64,000 nucleotides of DNA, from the NCBI GenBank assembly GCA_043797085.1, contig JAZDQA010000006.1:64001-128000 (forward strand), given 5' to 3'. Source of the DNA: Pseudomonadota bacterium. Lineage in GTDB: Bacteria > Campylobacterota > Campylobacteria > Campylobacterales > Sulfurimonadaceae. The notes beneath the pieces are model-generated. The model did no database searches. It was not told the origin of the DNA and worked only from the letters and a program-made list of their open reading frames with translations. Both the position numbers and the translations under genes were made by a program. Positions 10,203-19,482 of this stretch are shown here, piece after piece (the stretch's first letter is position 1; the number at the start of each line of letters is the position of its first letter).

Positions 10203-11192
10203 TTAACCTTGTGTAAACCGTATCATCTTAAACCGCTCACCCATCAGTGATGGTGTTATGAGTATTTTAACTTTTTCGAGTTCTTGGGTATATATCTCAT
10301 CACTGGCATTTTCTTTTAGCATTGAGAGTAAATCCAAAATACCCATTTCAATCAATGCCACCAACTGCGTTGAAAATTGAACGCACTTTATCCCTTGCGC
10401 TTCAAAAGCATCTCGTACATGTGAAAAATTTACATCGTAGGTTATGTCAGTCGTTCCAAAAGCATTGTCTAAAACTAATGCTTCATCAAACAGCGGTGTC
10501 ACTTGGTGCCCTTGATAAACACGGATTGAAAAATCACTGCGCGCCGCCAACTCACCGTAATCAAAACTCATAAACTCAAATTTTGGAATACTCTGTGCCA
10601 TTGACTTTGCAAATTCTTCGTATCCTACCGCGATTTCCCCTCGATCTTTTTTATACTTTACAGCATGTTCGTTCATTTCAGCTAATTCACTGTCGAAAAG
10701 GATTTTTCCCTCTGATACACGAGCTATTTTACATTTATAAAAGAGCTCGCACGTAAACGCATCAAAGATTTCATTGGCAATAAAAAAAGCACATGGCGTC
10801 TCTATTTCACTTACATCATGATAATGTTCTAACTTGACCGCATCACCGAAAGAATCGGTGAAATAATTTCTCTGCTGATCTTGAAGCGCATCAAACCGTT
10901 CAATAATTCCAAAACGAAGAGTCTCAAGCAACTGGGGGCGCAACGTGTGTAAAAATTCGATAATGTCTGCAAGAAGATAACCATGATGCGCACCAATCTC
11001 ACAGATCAAAGAATCAGGAGCTAAAAATCCCTCATCAATACGGGCGATAATGTGCTTTGCAATGGTTCCGCCGAAAAACTTCGAGGTACTTACAGCGGTG
11101 TAGAAGTCCCCTTTTTTACCGATAGGTCGATAGGTACCGTAATAGCCCTCCTTACCATACAGCCACTCATTCATATACTTACTAAAAAGCAC
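10203..11192 (-). CDS. SAM-dependent methyltransferase, MidA/NDUFAF7 family
   Basis: GYY...IG..GDFYTA, EIGAHHG, ANEIFDA, FDYG, DITYDVNF, MGERFK. Confidence 0.88.
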   Translation of the reverse strand: MLFSKYMNEWLYGKEGYYGTYRPIGKKGDFYTAVSTSKFFGGTIAKHIIARIDEGFLAPDSLICEIGAHHGYLLADIIEFLHTLRPQLLETLRFGIIERFDALQDQQRNYFTDSFGDAVKLEHYHDVSEIETPCAFFIANEIFDAFTCELFYKCKIARVSEGKILFDSELAEMNEHAVKYKKDRGEIAVGYEEFAKSMAQSIPKFEFMSFDYGELAARSDFSIRVYQGHQVTPLFDEALVLDNAFGTTDITYDVNFSHVRDAFEAQGIKCVQFSTQLVALIEMGILDLLSMLKENASDEIYTQELEKVKILITPSLMGERFKMIRFTQG

Positions 11193-12368
11193 TTATAAAT
11201 CACCCATCGCTTTTTCTAAACGGACAAATCCCTCATCAATATTTGCTTTTGTAATCGTAAGCGGAGGGAGAAAACGCAGAGTATTGCGCCCTGCTTTAAG
11301 GACGATAACACCAGCTTCACGAGCCCCATTGATAATTTTACCAAGTGTTTCAGCATCGCATACACGTAATCCGCGCATTAATCCAAAGCCAACATGCCCC
11401 TGGAAGATGGCAGGATGTTTTTGGGCAAACGCTTCCAATGCCGTTTCAAAATAGATCAATGTCTCATCGAGTTCACCGCTTGCTTTTAGCTCTTCAAGAA
11501 TATCAAGCACTTCATTCGCAGCAGCTGTTGAGAGATAATTTCCCCCAAACGTAGAGCCATGATCGCCGGGGGCAAAAATATCCAAACGATTAGTCATCAC
11601 GACACCGATAGGAACACCGCCACCAAGCCCTTTAGCCAAAGTTATAACATCCGGTTCAATTTCATAAAGATTGGAGGCTAAAAATTCACCTGTACGATAA
11701 ATTCCCGTTTGAACTTCATCCACCATTAGCAAAATATTACGCGGCTTAAGCATCTTTGCCAATGCTTGAACTTTTGCTAAATCCAAAGGTTGAACTCCGC
11801 CCTCCCCTTGTACCAGTTCAATCATGACTGCAACCGTATGCTCATCAATAAGAGATTCGATCTCATCAATATTTTTAGCATAGACGAAACCATCAGGGAA
11901 AGGTCCGAAATAGTTGTGCATCGATTCTTGACCCGTTGCTTTAAGTGCCGTAATCGTACGCCCGTGAAACGAGTGCTCTAGTGTAATGATTTTATAGCGC
12001 TTAGGCTCTCCGTCTACTTCTCCAAATTTACGTGCAATTTTAATTGCCCCCTCATTTGCCTCCGCACCGCTGTTACCGAAAAAACATTTCATGTTATATC
12101 CGCTAAGCTCCACAATTTTTTTAGCACATGTAGCTTGTGGCTCAATGTAATACAAATTAGAAACATGAATAAGTTTTGAGACTTGATCACATATCGCTTT
12201 TGTCAAGCGATTGTTACTGTGTCCTACACTGCATACTGCAATTCCAGCGGCAAAATCAATGTATTCTTTCCCTTGGGTGTCGATCAAAATCGCATTTTTT
12301 CCTTCTACAAAACTAATAGGCTGGCGACCATACGTGGGGAGGACATACTGTTCAAAATTTGTTGTCAT
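11193..12368 (-). CDS. argD: Acetylornithine aminotransferase
   Basis: NSGAEANE, SFHGRT, VQGEGG, DEVQTG, TLAKGLGGG, HGSTFGGN. Confidence 0.92.
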   Translation of the reverse strand: MTTNFEQYVLPTYGRQPISFVEGKNAILIDTQGKEYIDFAAGIAVCSVGHSNNRLTKAICDQVSKLIHVSNLYYIEPQATCAKKIVELSGYNMKCFFGNSGAEANEGAIKIARKFGEVDGEPKRYKIITLEHSFHGRTITALKATGQESMHNYFGPFPDGFVYAKNIDEIESLIDEHTVAVMIELVQGEGGVQPLDLAKVQALAKMLKPRNILLMVDEVQTGIYRTGEFLASNLYEIEPDVITLAKGLGGGVPIGVVMTNRLDIFAPGDHGSTFGGNYLSTAAANEVLDILEELKASGELDETLIYFETALEAFAQKHPAIFQGHVGFGLMRGLRVCDAETLGKIINGAREAGVIVLKAGRNTLRFLPPLTITKANIDEGFVRLEKAMGDL

Positions 12369-14104
12369 TGTTTTTCTACCTTTATTTTAAATTCTTGATA
12401 TACTGCATTTTCACCCTCATAACTCAATAAGTTTGGGGTCAACACATTCACTTCCGGCGTTCCTGCATAAACCAATGCACAATCATGTCGAAGTCTACTA
12501 TCATATTGTATAATAAGAGAAATAGATCCTATCTTATTACTCACTTTCACCGTTTCCCCCTCATTAAATCCACACTCAGGATGTAAAAAAATCCCTTCTT
12601 CACGGTGAAATTGTGAATTTAATGACCGTGAAGATTTTGGTGTGATTAAAAACAAACCCTCCTCATCACTCAAACTCAAATCAACTTCATCCATAAAGAG
12701 AAATTTTCCCGACTCTGTGGCAAAGCCTTCCGAATAAGGGATGTCAGGACGATTTTTCTTGTAACTAACGCCATCACTCTTTTTCATTTGTGCTCTCAAG
12801 ATCTCCAAGCACTCCTCTTCATCAGGGATGGAGAGATTAAAATGATCGCAGAGAGATTTTGAAAGAACATATTCCGAAATTCCGATCTCGCTTTCACGTA
12901 ATTTTGACATATTTTGAAGCGTAAAATCACCATACGAAGCGCGGATATCCTCTTTTTCTAAAAATGTTTTTGCCGGAATGACTAAGTCCGATGCCAATGA
13001 GGTTTCATTTTCATACAAACCAAAATAAATTTTAACTCCGGCATGGGCAAATTCCTTTTGTACTTTCGAAGAATTTGGCATTTGTGCAAGCGGATTTGCC
13101 CCTTGGACAAAGACCGTTTCAAACGTTGAAAAGTCTACTGTTGGTTTTGCCACAGTGTTATGGATTGAAACAAAAGGCAAGTTTATCTCTGCCAAAGACG
13201 AGCCTAAATAACTCACGCCGCTTCCTCTCTTTCCAAATAACCCAAGTATCACTCCAAACGCATCTATGGCTCGGACAATATCTGCACCGTTTTGATATTT
13301 TTGCACCCCTGCCCCGACTAAAATCACCGTTCTTTTCCCGCGAACAAGGTCTAAAACAGCACCTATTTGTCCGAGGCTTACATCGATAGCATCCAATGTC
13401 GATTTTATTCGAACGCTCTGTGTTAATTCATAAAACTCTTCATAATCACTTCCAAAGCTTTCTAAAAACTCTTCATCTTGCAACCCTTCGATGATACAAA
13501 ATCTTGAAAGGAGCAGTGCCAAATGCAAATCGCCGCGCGGTTTAATCTGTACATGCAGCTGCGCACTGTGTGCTAGGGAAGTTTTTACAGGATCAATCAC
13601 AATAATCTTTTTATTTTTCAAAAAAGGCAGCAAGTGAGAATGGGTTGTATGGAGGTTTCTCCCCCATACTATGACCACTTCAGACGCATCGATCATTTCA
13701 GCTGAAAGAGGATGATTTACACCTCGTCCAAGCACAATACCCGCTTCTCCCGCTCCATCACAAAGCGATCCTCGCGTTCCTACGGCTCCCATACGAGCAA
13801 AAAAATGATCCATTGATCGCTGCATTAATCCCAAATTACCGCTTCCTCGGTAAAAAAGGGTTTTTTCAGGAGAACTTGTCTCTAGAATTTCTACTAATTT
13901 GCTGTGTGCTTCTTCCATCGTAATAGTTTTGCCATGATAACGAGGGGCATTAAGTCGTTTATTCTCATCAAAATGATTCAAATGTGGGCATAAATATCCT
14001 TTTGTTACAGGGTGAGACTTATCACCCTTAATCTTCCCATTCTCATCCAAAACAATGCGACACGCATCATAACAATCGAGTGGACAAGCGGTAGTATTAC
14101 TCAT
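12365..14104 (-). CDS. Molybdopterin-dependent oxidoreductase (DMSO reductase superfamily), substrate unknown
   Basis: N-terminal CPLDCYDAC...C Fe-S motif, VWGRN, VIDP, SDLVIPA..FLEK, C-terminal LITP..SLNSQF. Confidence 0.85.
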   Translation of the reverse strand: MSNTTACPLDCYDACRIVLDENGKIKGDKSHPVTKGYLCPHLNHFDENKRLNAPRYHGKTITMEEAHSKLVEILETSSPEKTLFYRGSGNLGLMQRSMDHFFARMGAVGTRGSLCDGAGEAGIVLGRGVNHPLSAEMIDASEVVIVWGRNLHTTHSHLLPFLKNKKIIVIDPVKTSLAHSAQLHVQIKPRGDLHLALLLSRFCIIEGLQDEEFLESFGSDYEEFYELTQSVRIKSTLDAIDVSLGQIGAVLDLVRGKRTVILVGAGVQKYQNGADIVRAIDAFGVILGLFGKRGSGVSYLGSSLAEINLPFVSIHNTVAKPTVDFSTFETVFVQGANPLAQMPNSSKVQKEFAHAGVKIYFGLYENETSLASDLVIPAKTFLEKEDIRASYGDFTLQNMSKLRESEIGISEYVLSKSLCDHFNLSIPDEEECLEILRAQMKKSDGVSYKKNRPDIPYSEGFATESGKFLFMDEVDLSLSDEEGLFLITPKSSRSLNSQFHREEGIFLHPECGFNEGETVKVSNKIGSISLIIQYDSRLRHDCALVYAGTPEVNVLTPNLLSYEGENAVYQEFKIKVEKQ

Positions 14105-14229
14105 AAAACGTCCCCTTTTACTATTATCAATGCTAATGTATTATTTTACAGTCCAATGGCTTTAATTTTTAGTAAAAAAAAGCTTCAGTTTGGATATGAT
14201 TAACACCAATAAAACTCTCGAGGTTAATA

Positions 14230-15189
14230 ATGTCTCTTTTAGAACATGTAGATGGAGCCACAAATCTGGCAAAAAATAATGAAGTACAACTTCTGATCTT
14301 TAAAGTAGATGCTGCCGAAACATCTGCTTATTACGCCATTAACGTTTTTAAAACACGAGAAGTTGTAGAGGCCAAACATCATCAGTTAACCCTTATCCCC
14401 TCTCCTCATCCATTACTGGAAGGAACCATCGTCTTACGCGGTCTTCAAATCCCCATTCTTAATCTTCCAAAATGGCTGGGATCTGAGCTATCACCTGAAA
14501 AGAAAAAACTTTCCAATCTTTTGATATGTGATTTTAATGGCATTATTATCGGTATACGTATCATGTTTGCCTACCGTGTTATCAAGAAAAACTGGAATGA
14601 GATGCATGCACCCGATAGCTATCGTCTTGGCGAAGACGGATTGGTTATTAACGATACAAGACTCGATGATGGAAGTTTGTGCTTGGTACTCGATTATGAA
14701 AAATTACTCGCAGATGTCATTCCCCAAGCAATGGTCAATGTTTCAGAATCACCTAATAATTTAGCCAATATTGTGATTCCGGATAAGTTAAGAAACGGAA
14801 CCGTTTTAATTGCCGAAGATTCTAAAACTGCCCAACGTCATCTACGTCAGGTTTTTGCAAATGCTCATCTCTCCTATCAAATTTTTAACAATGGTAAAGA
14901 ATTGATAGATTTTGTCAATGCGCATCCAAACCCTTCTTCCATTCCCGCTATCATTACGGATATTGAGATGCCGGAAATGTCAGGTTTTACCGTTGTCCGC
15001 CTTTTAAAAGCGAATGCCGCAACGAAATCTATCCCCATTATCGTCAACAGTTCAATGACAGGTGAAAATAACAAACGAGAAGCAGCAGGATTAGGGGCAG
15101 ATGGGTTTATTGATAAGACAAAGAGTCACGATATCATTCCGCTGATTGTCAGTAAGATGGAAAGTGCTAGACAATTGCAGCTAGCATAA
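14230..15189 (+). CDS. cheV: Chemotaxis protein CheV
   Basis: CheW domain (YAINVFKTREV) plus receiver domain (AEDS, TDIEMPEMSG). Confidence 0.92.
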   Translation: MSLLEHVDGATNLAKNNEVQLLIFKVDAAETSAYYAINVFKTREVVEAKHHQLTLIPSPHPLLEGTIVLRGLQIPILNLPKWLGSELSPEKKKLSNLLICDFNGIIIGIRIMFAYRVIKKNWNEMHAPDSYRLGEDGLVINDTRLDDGSLCLVLDYEKLLADVIPQAMVNVSESPNNLANIVIPDKLRNGTVLIAEDSKTAQRHLRQVFANAHLSYQIFNNGKELIDFVNAHPNPSSIPAIITDIEMPEMSGFTVVRLLKANAATKSIPIIVNSSMTGENNKREAAGLGADGFIDKTKSHDIIPLIVSKMESARQLQLA

Positions 15190-15194
15190 AAGTT

Positions 15195-15223
15195 CGTCAT
15201 ACTGTATCAGGTACGGTATGACG
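15195..15223. terminator. Hairpin between convergent cheV and the carboxyltransferase gene
   Basis: CGTCATACTGTA-TCAGG-TACGGTATGACG. Confidence 0.65.
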
Positions 15224-15234
15224 GGGATATAATT

Positions 15235-17064
15235 TTAGTCTACGACTGCGAGAATTTGACCAGCTTCAACTTTATCATTTACTTGTACCATAACTGCACT
15301 CAAAACACCTGAACGCGGTGCTAAAACATCAATTTCCATTTTCATTGCTTCAAGAATCATAATCTTATCGCCGGCAATGATTGGAGCACCTACTTGAGCC
15401 AAAAGTTTAAACACAGAACCCGGAAGTTCTGAACGAATAGCGTTTTCATTAGCAACAGGCGCTGCTACTACGGGAGCTGCAACTGGTGCTGCAACCGCTA
15501 CTGGTGCCGCTACTGATTGAACATTTGCATTGCCATCTACGATTTGTACGTTGTATTGTTGTCCGTCTACGATTACCGTGTAAGTACCATTTGCCATTGT
15601 GAAATTCTCCTGTTTTAGTGTTGATTGAATTGATTGAGCTGTATCAGCCGTTTTTGGGCTGTTTTTTCGAACATTTACGGTTGCTTCCCCTTTTAGGAAT
15701 GCAATCCCTTTAATATCACACGAAGCAGCGATAAAAATATTTTCATCACTGGCTTCGATTCCTTCATTTTCTAACTGCGCAGTCCAGTACGCAATTGATT
15801 TTTTCTCATCACGGTCCGCAATATCGATAGCATTATCGGTTGTCGGCTCTAATTTTAACTGTTCTGCTGCAATACGGATAACTTCAGCATCCGGCGTCGT
15901 TGGTGTTTTACCAAAATAGCCCAATACCATCTTACCGTAACCCGGAGCTATTTTTTTCCATGGTCCCATAAGAGCATTGTTAAGCGCCTGTTGGAAATAA
16001 AACTGAGACACTGGAGTAACGGATGTACCGTATCCCCCTTTTTCAACCACTTCACGCATTGCACGAATGACTTCAGGATAACGATCCAACATGTTGTTAT
16101 CACGCATCATTTGAGTATTTGCTGTCAATGCACCGCCTGGCATTGGAGAAAATGGAATTAAAGGTGAAACTTGTGTTGCTTCAGGCGGGATGAAATAATC
16201 TTTCAAACAATCGCCCAATACATCTTCGTATTGCAAGATTTTTTCAAGCTCTAAACCGCCAAGATCAAAATTCTTACCCTTGACTGCATGCAGCATTGTC
16301 AGAATATCCGGCTGAGATGTACCACCGCTGACCGGAGAGGCTGCCATATCAATACCATCAATACCTGCATCAAGCGCTGCCATATAACACGCAACGCTCA
16401 CACCCGCAGTTTCATGCGTATGAAGACGTAAATGCGTCCCCTCAGGAACAAGACGACGTGCCATTTGAATGGTTTCATACACTTTCTGAGGGCTTGATGT
16501 TCCGCTGGCATCTTTGAAACAAATCGAGCTGTAAGGGATACCCGAATCTAAAATCTCTCGAAGCGTTTTTTCGTAAAATGCAACATCATGAGCACCCACA
16601 CATCCTGGAGGAAGGTCCATCATGGTCACAACAACTTCGTGCTTCAAACCATGATGAACAATACGTTCACCAGAATATTTCAAATTTTCAACATCGTTCA
16701 GAGCATCGAAATTTCGAATGGTCGTTGTTCCGTGCTTTTTAAACATCTTGGCGTGCAAATCAACCATCTCACGGCTGCCCGTATCTAGCATAACCGTATT
16801 AACACCGCGAGCAAGCGTTTGGAGGTTAGCATCCGGACCTACGATAGCACGGAACTGATCCATCATATCAAACGCATTTTCATTTAGATAGAAAAAAAGA
16901 CTTTGAAAGCGTGCTCCGCCTCCAAATTCAAAATGGGTAATTCCCGCATGAGCCGCAGCTTCAACTGCCGGAAAAAAATCATTCATCAGTACGCGTCCGC
17001 CAAATACGGATTGAAATCCGTCACGGAAGGTTGTATCCATTATGTCGATATATTTTTTTGCCAT
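15235..17064 (-). CDS. Pyruvate carboxylase subunit B / oxaloacetate decarboxylase alpha-like carboxyltransferase with biotin carrier domain
   Basis: DTTFRDGFQS, HTHET, VTPVSQ, Ala/Pro linker, EAMKM biotinylation site. Confidence 0.92.
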   Translation of the reverse strand: MAKKYIDIMDTTFRDGFQSVFGGRVLMNDFFPAVEAAAHAGITHFEFGGGARFQSLFFYLNENAFDMMDQFRAIVGPDANLQTLARGVNTVMLDTGSREMVDLHAKMFKKHGTTTIRNFDALNDVENLKYSGERIVHHGLKHEVVVTMMDLPPGCVGAHDVAFYEKTLREILDSGIPYSSICFKDASGTSSPQKVYETIQMARRLVPEGTHLRLHTHETAGVSVACYMAALDAGIDGIDMAASPVSGGTSQPDILTMLHAVKGKNFDLGGLELEKILQYEDVLGDCLKDYFIPPEATQVSPLIPFSPMPGGALTANTQMMRDNNMLDRYPEVIRAMREVVEKGGYGTSVTPVSQFYFQQALNNALMGPWKKIAPGYGKMVLGYFGKTPTTPDAEVIRIAAEQLKLEPTTDNAIDIADRDEKKSIAYWTAQLENEGIEASDENIFIAASCDIKGIAFLKGEATVNVRKNSPKTADTAQSIQSTLKQENFTMANGTYTVIVDGQQYNVQIVDGNANVQSVAAPVAVAAPVAAPVVAAPVANENAIRSELPGSVFKLLAQVGAPIIAGDKIMILEAMKMEIDVLAPRSGVLSAVMVQVNDKVEAGQILAVVD

Positions 17065-17083
17065 AATCCCTACTTTTAGTTTT

Positions 17084-17150
17084 ATTTATACGCTAAAGAA
17101 ATTCATCCCTTTGGCTACGCTAACCGCTAGGGTTACTAAAGTCAGCCTCT
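17084..17150 (-). repeat. Structured intergenic element, copy 2 (leader of the carboxyltransferase gene)
   Basis: Reverse complement reads AGAGGCTGACTTTAGTAACCCTAGCGGTTAGCGTAGCCAAAGGGATGAATTTCTTTAGCGTATAAAT, homologous to 8815-8880. Confidence 0.85.
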
Positions 17151-17168
17151 TTCAAGGCATAAATCTTC

Positions 17169-17453
17169 TTATTTGGAAGATTTATTATGATGATGGATTG
17201 CTGCAACGAGGGAAGCAAGCCCAGCTAAACCATTATTCTGACCTGAATTTTCAAGTTCATGATGATGAAGTGCTACAGCGATAGCAGCAACTCTTGCCCT
17301 AACATCATCGTTCTCTAATGAATGATGATGCAGTGCAGCAGCAATCGCAGCTACTCTTGCACCCTCATTATTAGGAATACATACTTGTAATTCTGAGAGG
17401 TTTTTAGGCTTCGACTTCGTAAAATATTTCATTACTTTATCTAGTAATTCCAC
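17169..17453 (-). CDS. Small OadG-like protein with three AAI..A(L/I)HHH repeats
   Basis: GTG start with GAGGA RBS; repeats ARVAAIAAALHHH, ARVAAIAVALHHH, LVAAIHHH; directly upstream of the carboxyltransferase. Confidence 0.75.
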   Translation of the reverse strand: MELLDKVMKYFTKSKPKNLSELQVCIPNNEGARVAAIAAALHHHSLENDDVRARVAAIAVALHHHELENSGQNNGLAGLASLVAAIHHHNKSSK

Positions 17454-17609
17454 GTCTATATTCCTCTACTGATATTTTGACAACGCAACACGTTAGTGTG
17501 ATTTTAGTATAAAGTTCATTAAAATTAATTTACTGCACCGTTTCAATATAGCTCAAAGATAATTTTGTTACAATCCGCACCAATAAAATAATAACAAAGA
17601 GGTACGCAA

Positions 17610-18131
17610 ATGGATCTTAGTAAAATCGGATATGGCGAAAACCCGGATAAAGTTAAAGCAATTATAGAGATTGCCTGCGGATCAAACATCAAATATGAAG
17701 TAGAAAAAGAAAGCGGTGCATTAGTCCTTGACCGTGTCATGCACTCAGCAATGTATTATCCGGCAAACTACGGTTTTGTCAATAAAACACTTTCCCAAGA
17801 CGGTGATCCGGCGGACATTTTGATCCTTACTGAATATCCTATGGTTGAGGGATGTGTAACCAACTGCCGTTTAGTCGGTGTTTTGATCATGGAAGACGAA
17901 AGCGGTATTGATGAAAAACTGCTTGCGGTTCCTACCTCAAAAATTGATCCTACATTCGAAGAGATCCAAGATCTTGGAGATATTCCAAAACATACCTTGG
18001 CAAAAATCAAAAACTTTTTCGAAACTTATAAAATGCTAGAGCCAAATAAATGGGTAAAAGTAAAAGGGTTTGAAGACAAAGCATCCGCAACTAAAATTCT
18101 CGAAGATGCAATTGCTGCATACAAAGAATAA
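17610..18131 (+). CDS. ppa: Inorganic pyrophosphatase (family I)
   Basis: KYE, YPANYG, DGDPAD, DEKL, FFETYK.LE. Confidence 0.96.
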   Translation: MDLSKIGYGENPDKVKAIIEIACGSNIKYEVEKESGALVLDRVMHSAMYYPANYGFVNKTLSQDGDPADILILTEYPMVEGCVTNCRLVGVLIMEDESGIDEKLLAVPTSKIDPTFEEIQDLGDIPKHTLAKIKNFFETYKMLEPNKWVKVKGFEDKASATKILEDAIAAYKE

Positions 18132-18139
18132 GTTTTCCG

Positions 18140-18430
18140 ATGATTGATTTTTCTTCACCCGAATTTTTCTCCTACGCCATTTTCGGTGTAATTCTAAATT
18201 TCATTTTCTCAATGGCATTTGGAGTGTATTTGAGCAATAATATCGGTATCGAAGAGATGGTGCTTTCAAAAGGGGAAAAAGAGCAGCAGTGGTGGCTCTC
18301 CCTTTCTTTGGCAATCCCTTTTGCCAAAATGATCATCACTCTTTATCGTGTTGCCATCTTGCAATTTTACTTTCTGGACCAAGGAAAGTCTCACAAAGAA
18401 TTTTGGGTTTATCTCACAACTGAAGAATAA
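18140..18430 (+). CDS. Hypothetical membrane protein
   Basis: 96-aa ORF with two hydrophobic segments, immediately after ppa. Confidence 0.7.
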   Translation: MIDFSSPEFFSYAIFGVILNFIFSMAFGVYLSNNIGIEEMVLSKGEKEQQWWLSLSLAIPFAKMIITLYRVAILQFYFLDQGKSHKEFWVYLTTEE

Positions 18431-18691
18431 TCTATCTTCAAATCTCTCTTTTTTAGCTTAAATATAGCTTAATGTTAAATTCGAACTTAAGTTAAGCACA
18501 GATATATAATATAACATAACATTTATTAACCATATTATAACGTTATCTTAATATTAACATTCCCTATGTATAGGCTCAAATCACCTATTTTCATTACTTT
18601 TTCTTAACTAAATCATTTAGAAGTACAACAACAGCACTGGAAGCTTACAAATGCCTTAAAATTTCACTACCGAAATAAGGAGGTATAAAAA

Positions 18692-19231
18692 ATGAAAATT
18701 CTTTCATTCCTAGTTCTCTTTGTATGCGCATCATTAGCCGATAATACAATTCACCAAATGAGTCCAAAGCAACTACATGTTTTACAAACGGTCCGAGACG
18801 TCGCCAAGAACATCCCTGACAAACATGGAAATACGTATGAAAATACGGTAAGTGCCATCTGTATTACCGAAAGTAGTGCAGGTAAAAATACTATTGGTGA
18901 CTTTCATCATAAAAAGTCAATTACCAAAGCTTCGCTTGGACCCATGCAAGTTCGTGTTTCCACGGCACGCCACGTATCTCATAGTGTTAAAAATCTAAGC
19001 TGGCTTAATAAACTTAGTGATATTCAACTCGCGGCACGACTGTTGGGTGATACACGTCTCTCAGCAAAAGTGGCAACGTATTATGTAGTATTGCTCCATA
19101 ACAGCCGTAAAAACTCTTTTAATGCTGTCAGTGGCTACAATGGCGGAATGGTCAATCATAAATATTACAATAAAATTATGAAAAATAAAGCGATTATAGC
19201 TCAGCTAGTTGCTAACGGAAAACTCTCTTAA
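18692..19231 (+). CDS. Secreted lytic transglycosylase/lysozyme-like protein
   Basis: AGGAGG RBS, signal peptide, SLT-like motifs ITESS, GPMQV, YNGG. Confidence 0.7.
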   Translation: MKILSFLVLFVCASLADNTIHQMSPKQLHVLQTVRDVAKNIPDKHGNTYENTVSAICITESSAGKNTIGDFHHKKSITKASLGPMQVRVSTARHVSHSVKNLSWLNKLSDIQLAARLLGDTRLSAKVATYYVVLLHNSRKNSFNAVSGYNGGMVNHKYYNKIMKNKAIIAQLVANGKLS

Positions 19232-19272
19232 AAATTCGCTATAATATTCCTATATTTGATGGGAGTTTATGC

Positions 19273-19482
19273 ATGGATGATTATAAGCTTAAACTGATTC
19301 TTGCTGGACTTGGCGGATTGGTTTTTAGTCTGATTTTTATATTATTGGCTTTTGTTCTTCCCCTGAAAGATCATAGCGTCGATGCAGATATAAAAGCCAG
19401 AAATACCCTCGAAAAGATCTCAAAAGGGATTAAAGAAGGTCAGCTTCGACCTCCGCCAAAAGATCAAAGTAATCATGAATGA
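19273..19482 (+). CDS. Small single-TM hypothetical protein
   Basis: TATAAT at 19240-19245, GGAG RBS, hydrophobic N-terminus, ATGA-coupled to the next gene. Confidence 0.6.
   Translation: MDDYKLKLILAGLGGLVFSLIFILLAFVLPLKDHSVDADIKARNTLEKISKGIKEGQLRPPPKDQSNHE

Noticed and set aside
15455..15515. Short tandem DNA repeats
   Set aside because: They encode the ordinary Ala/Pro/Val linker of a biotin enzyme
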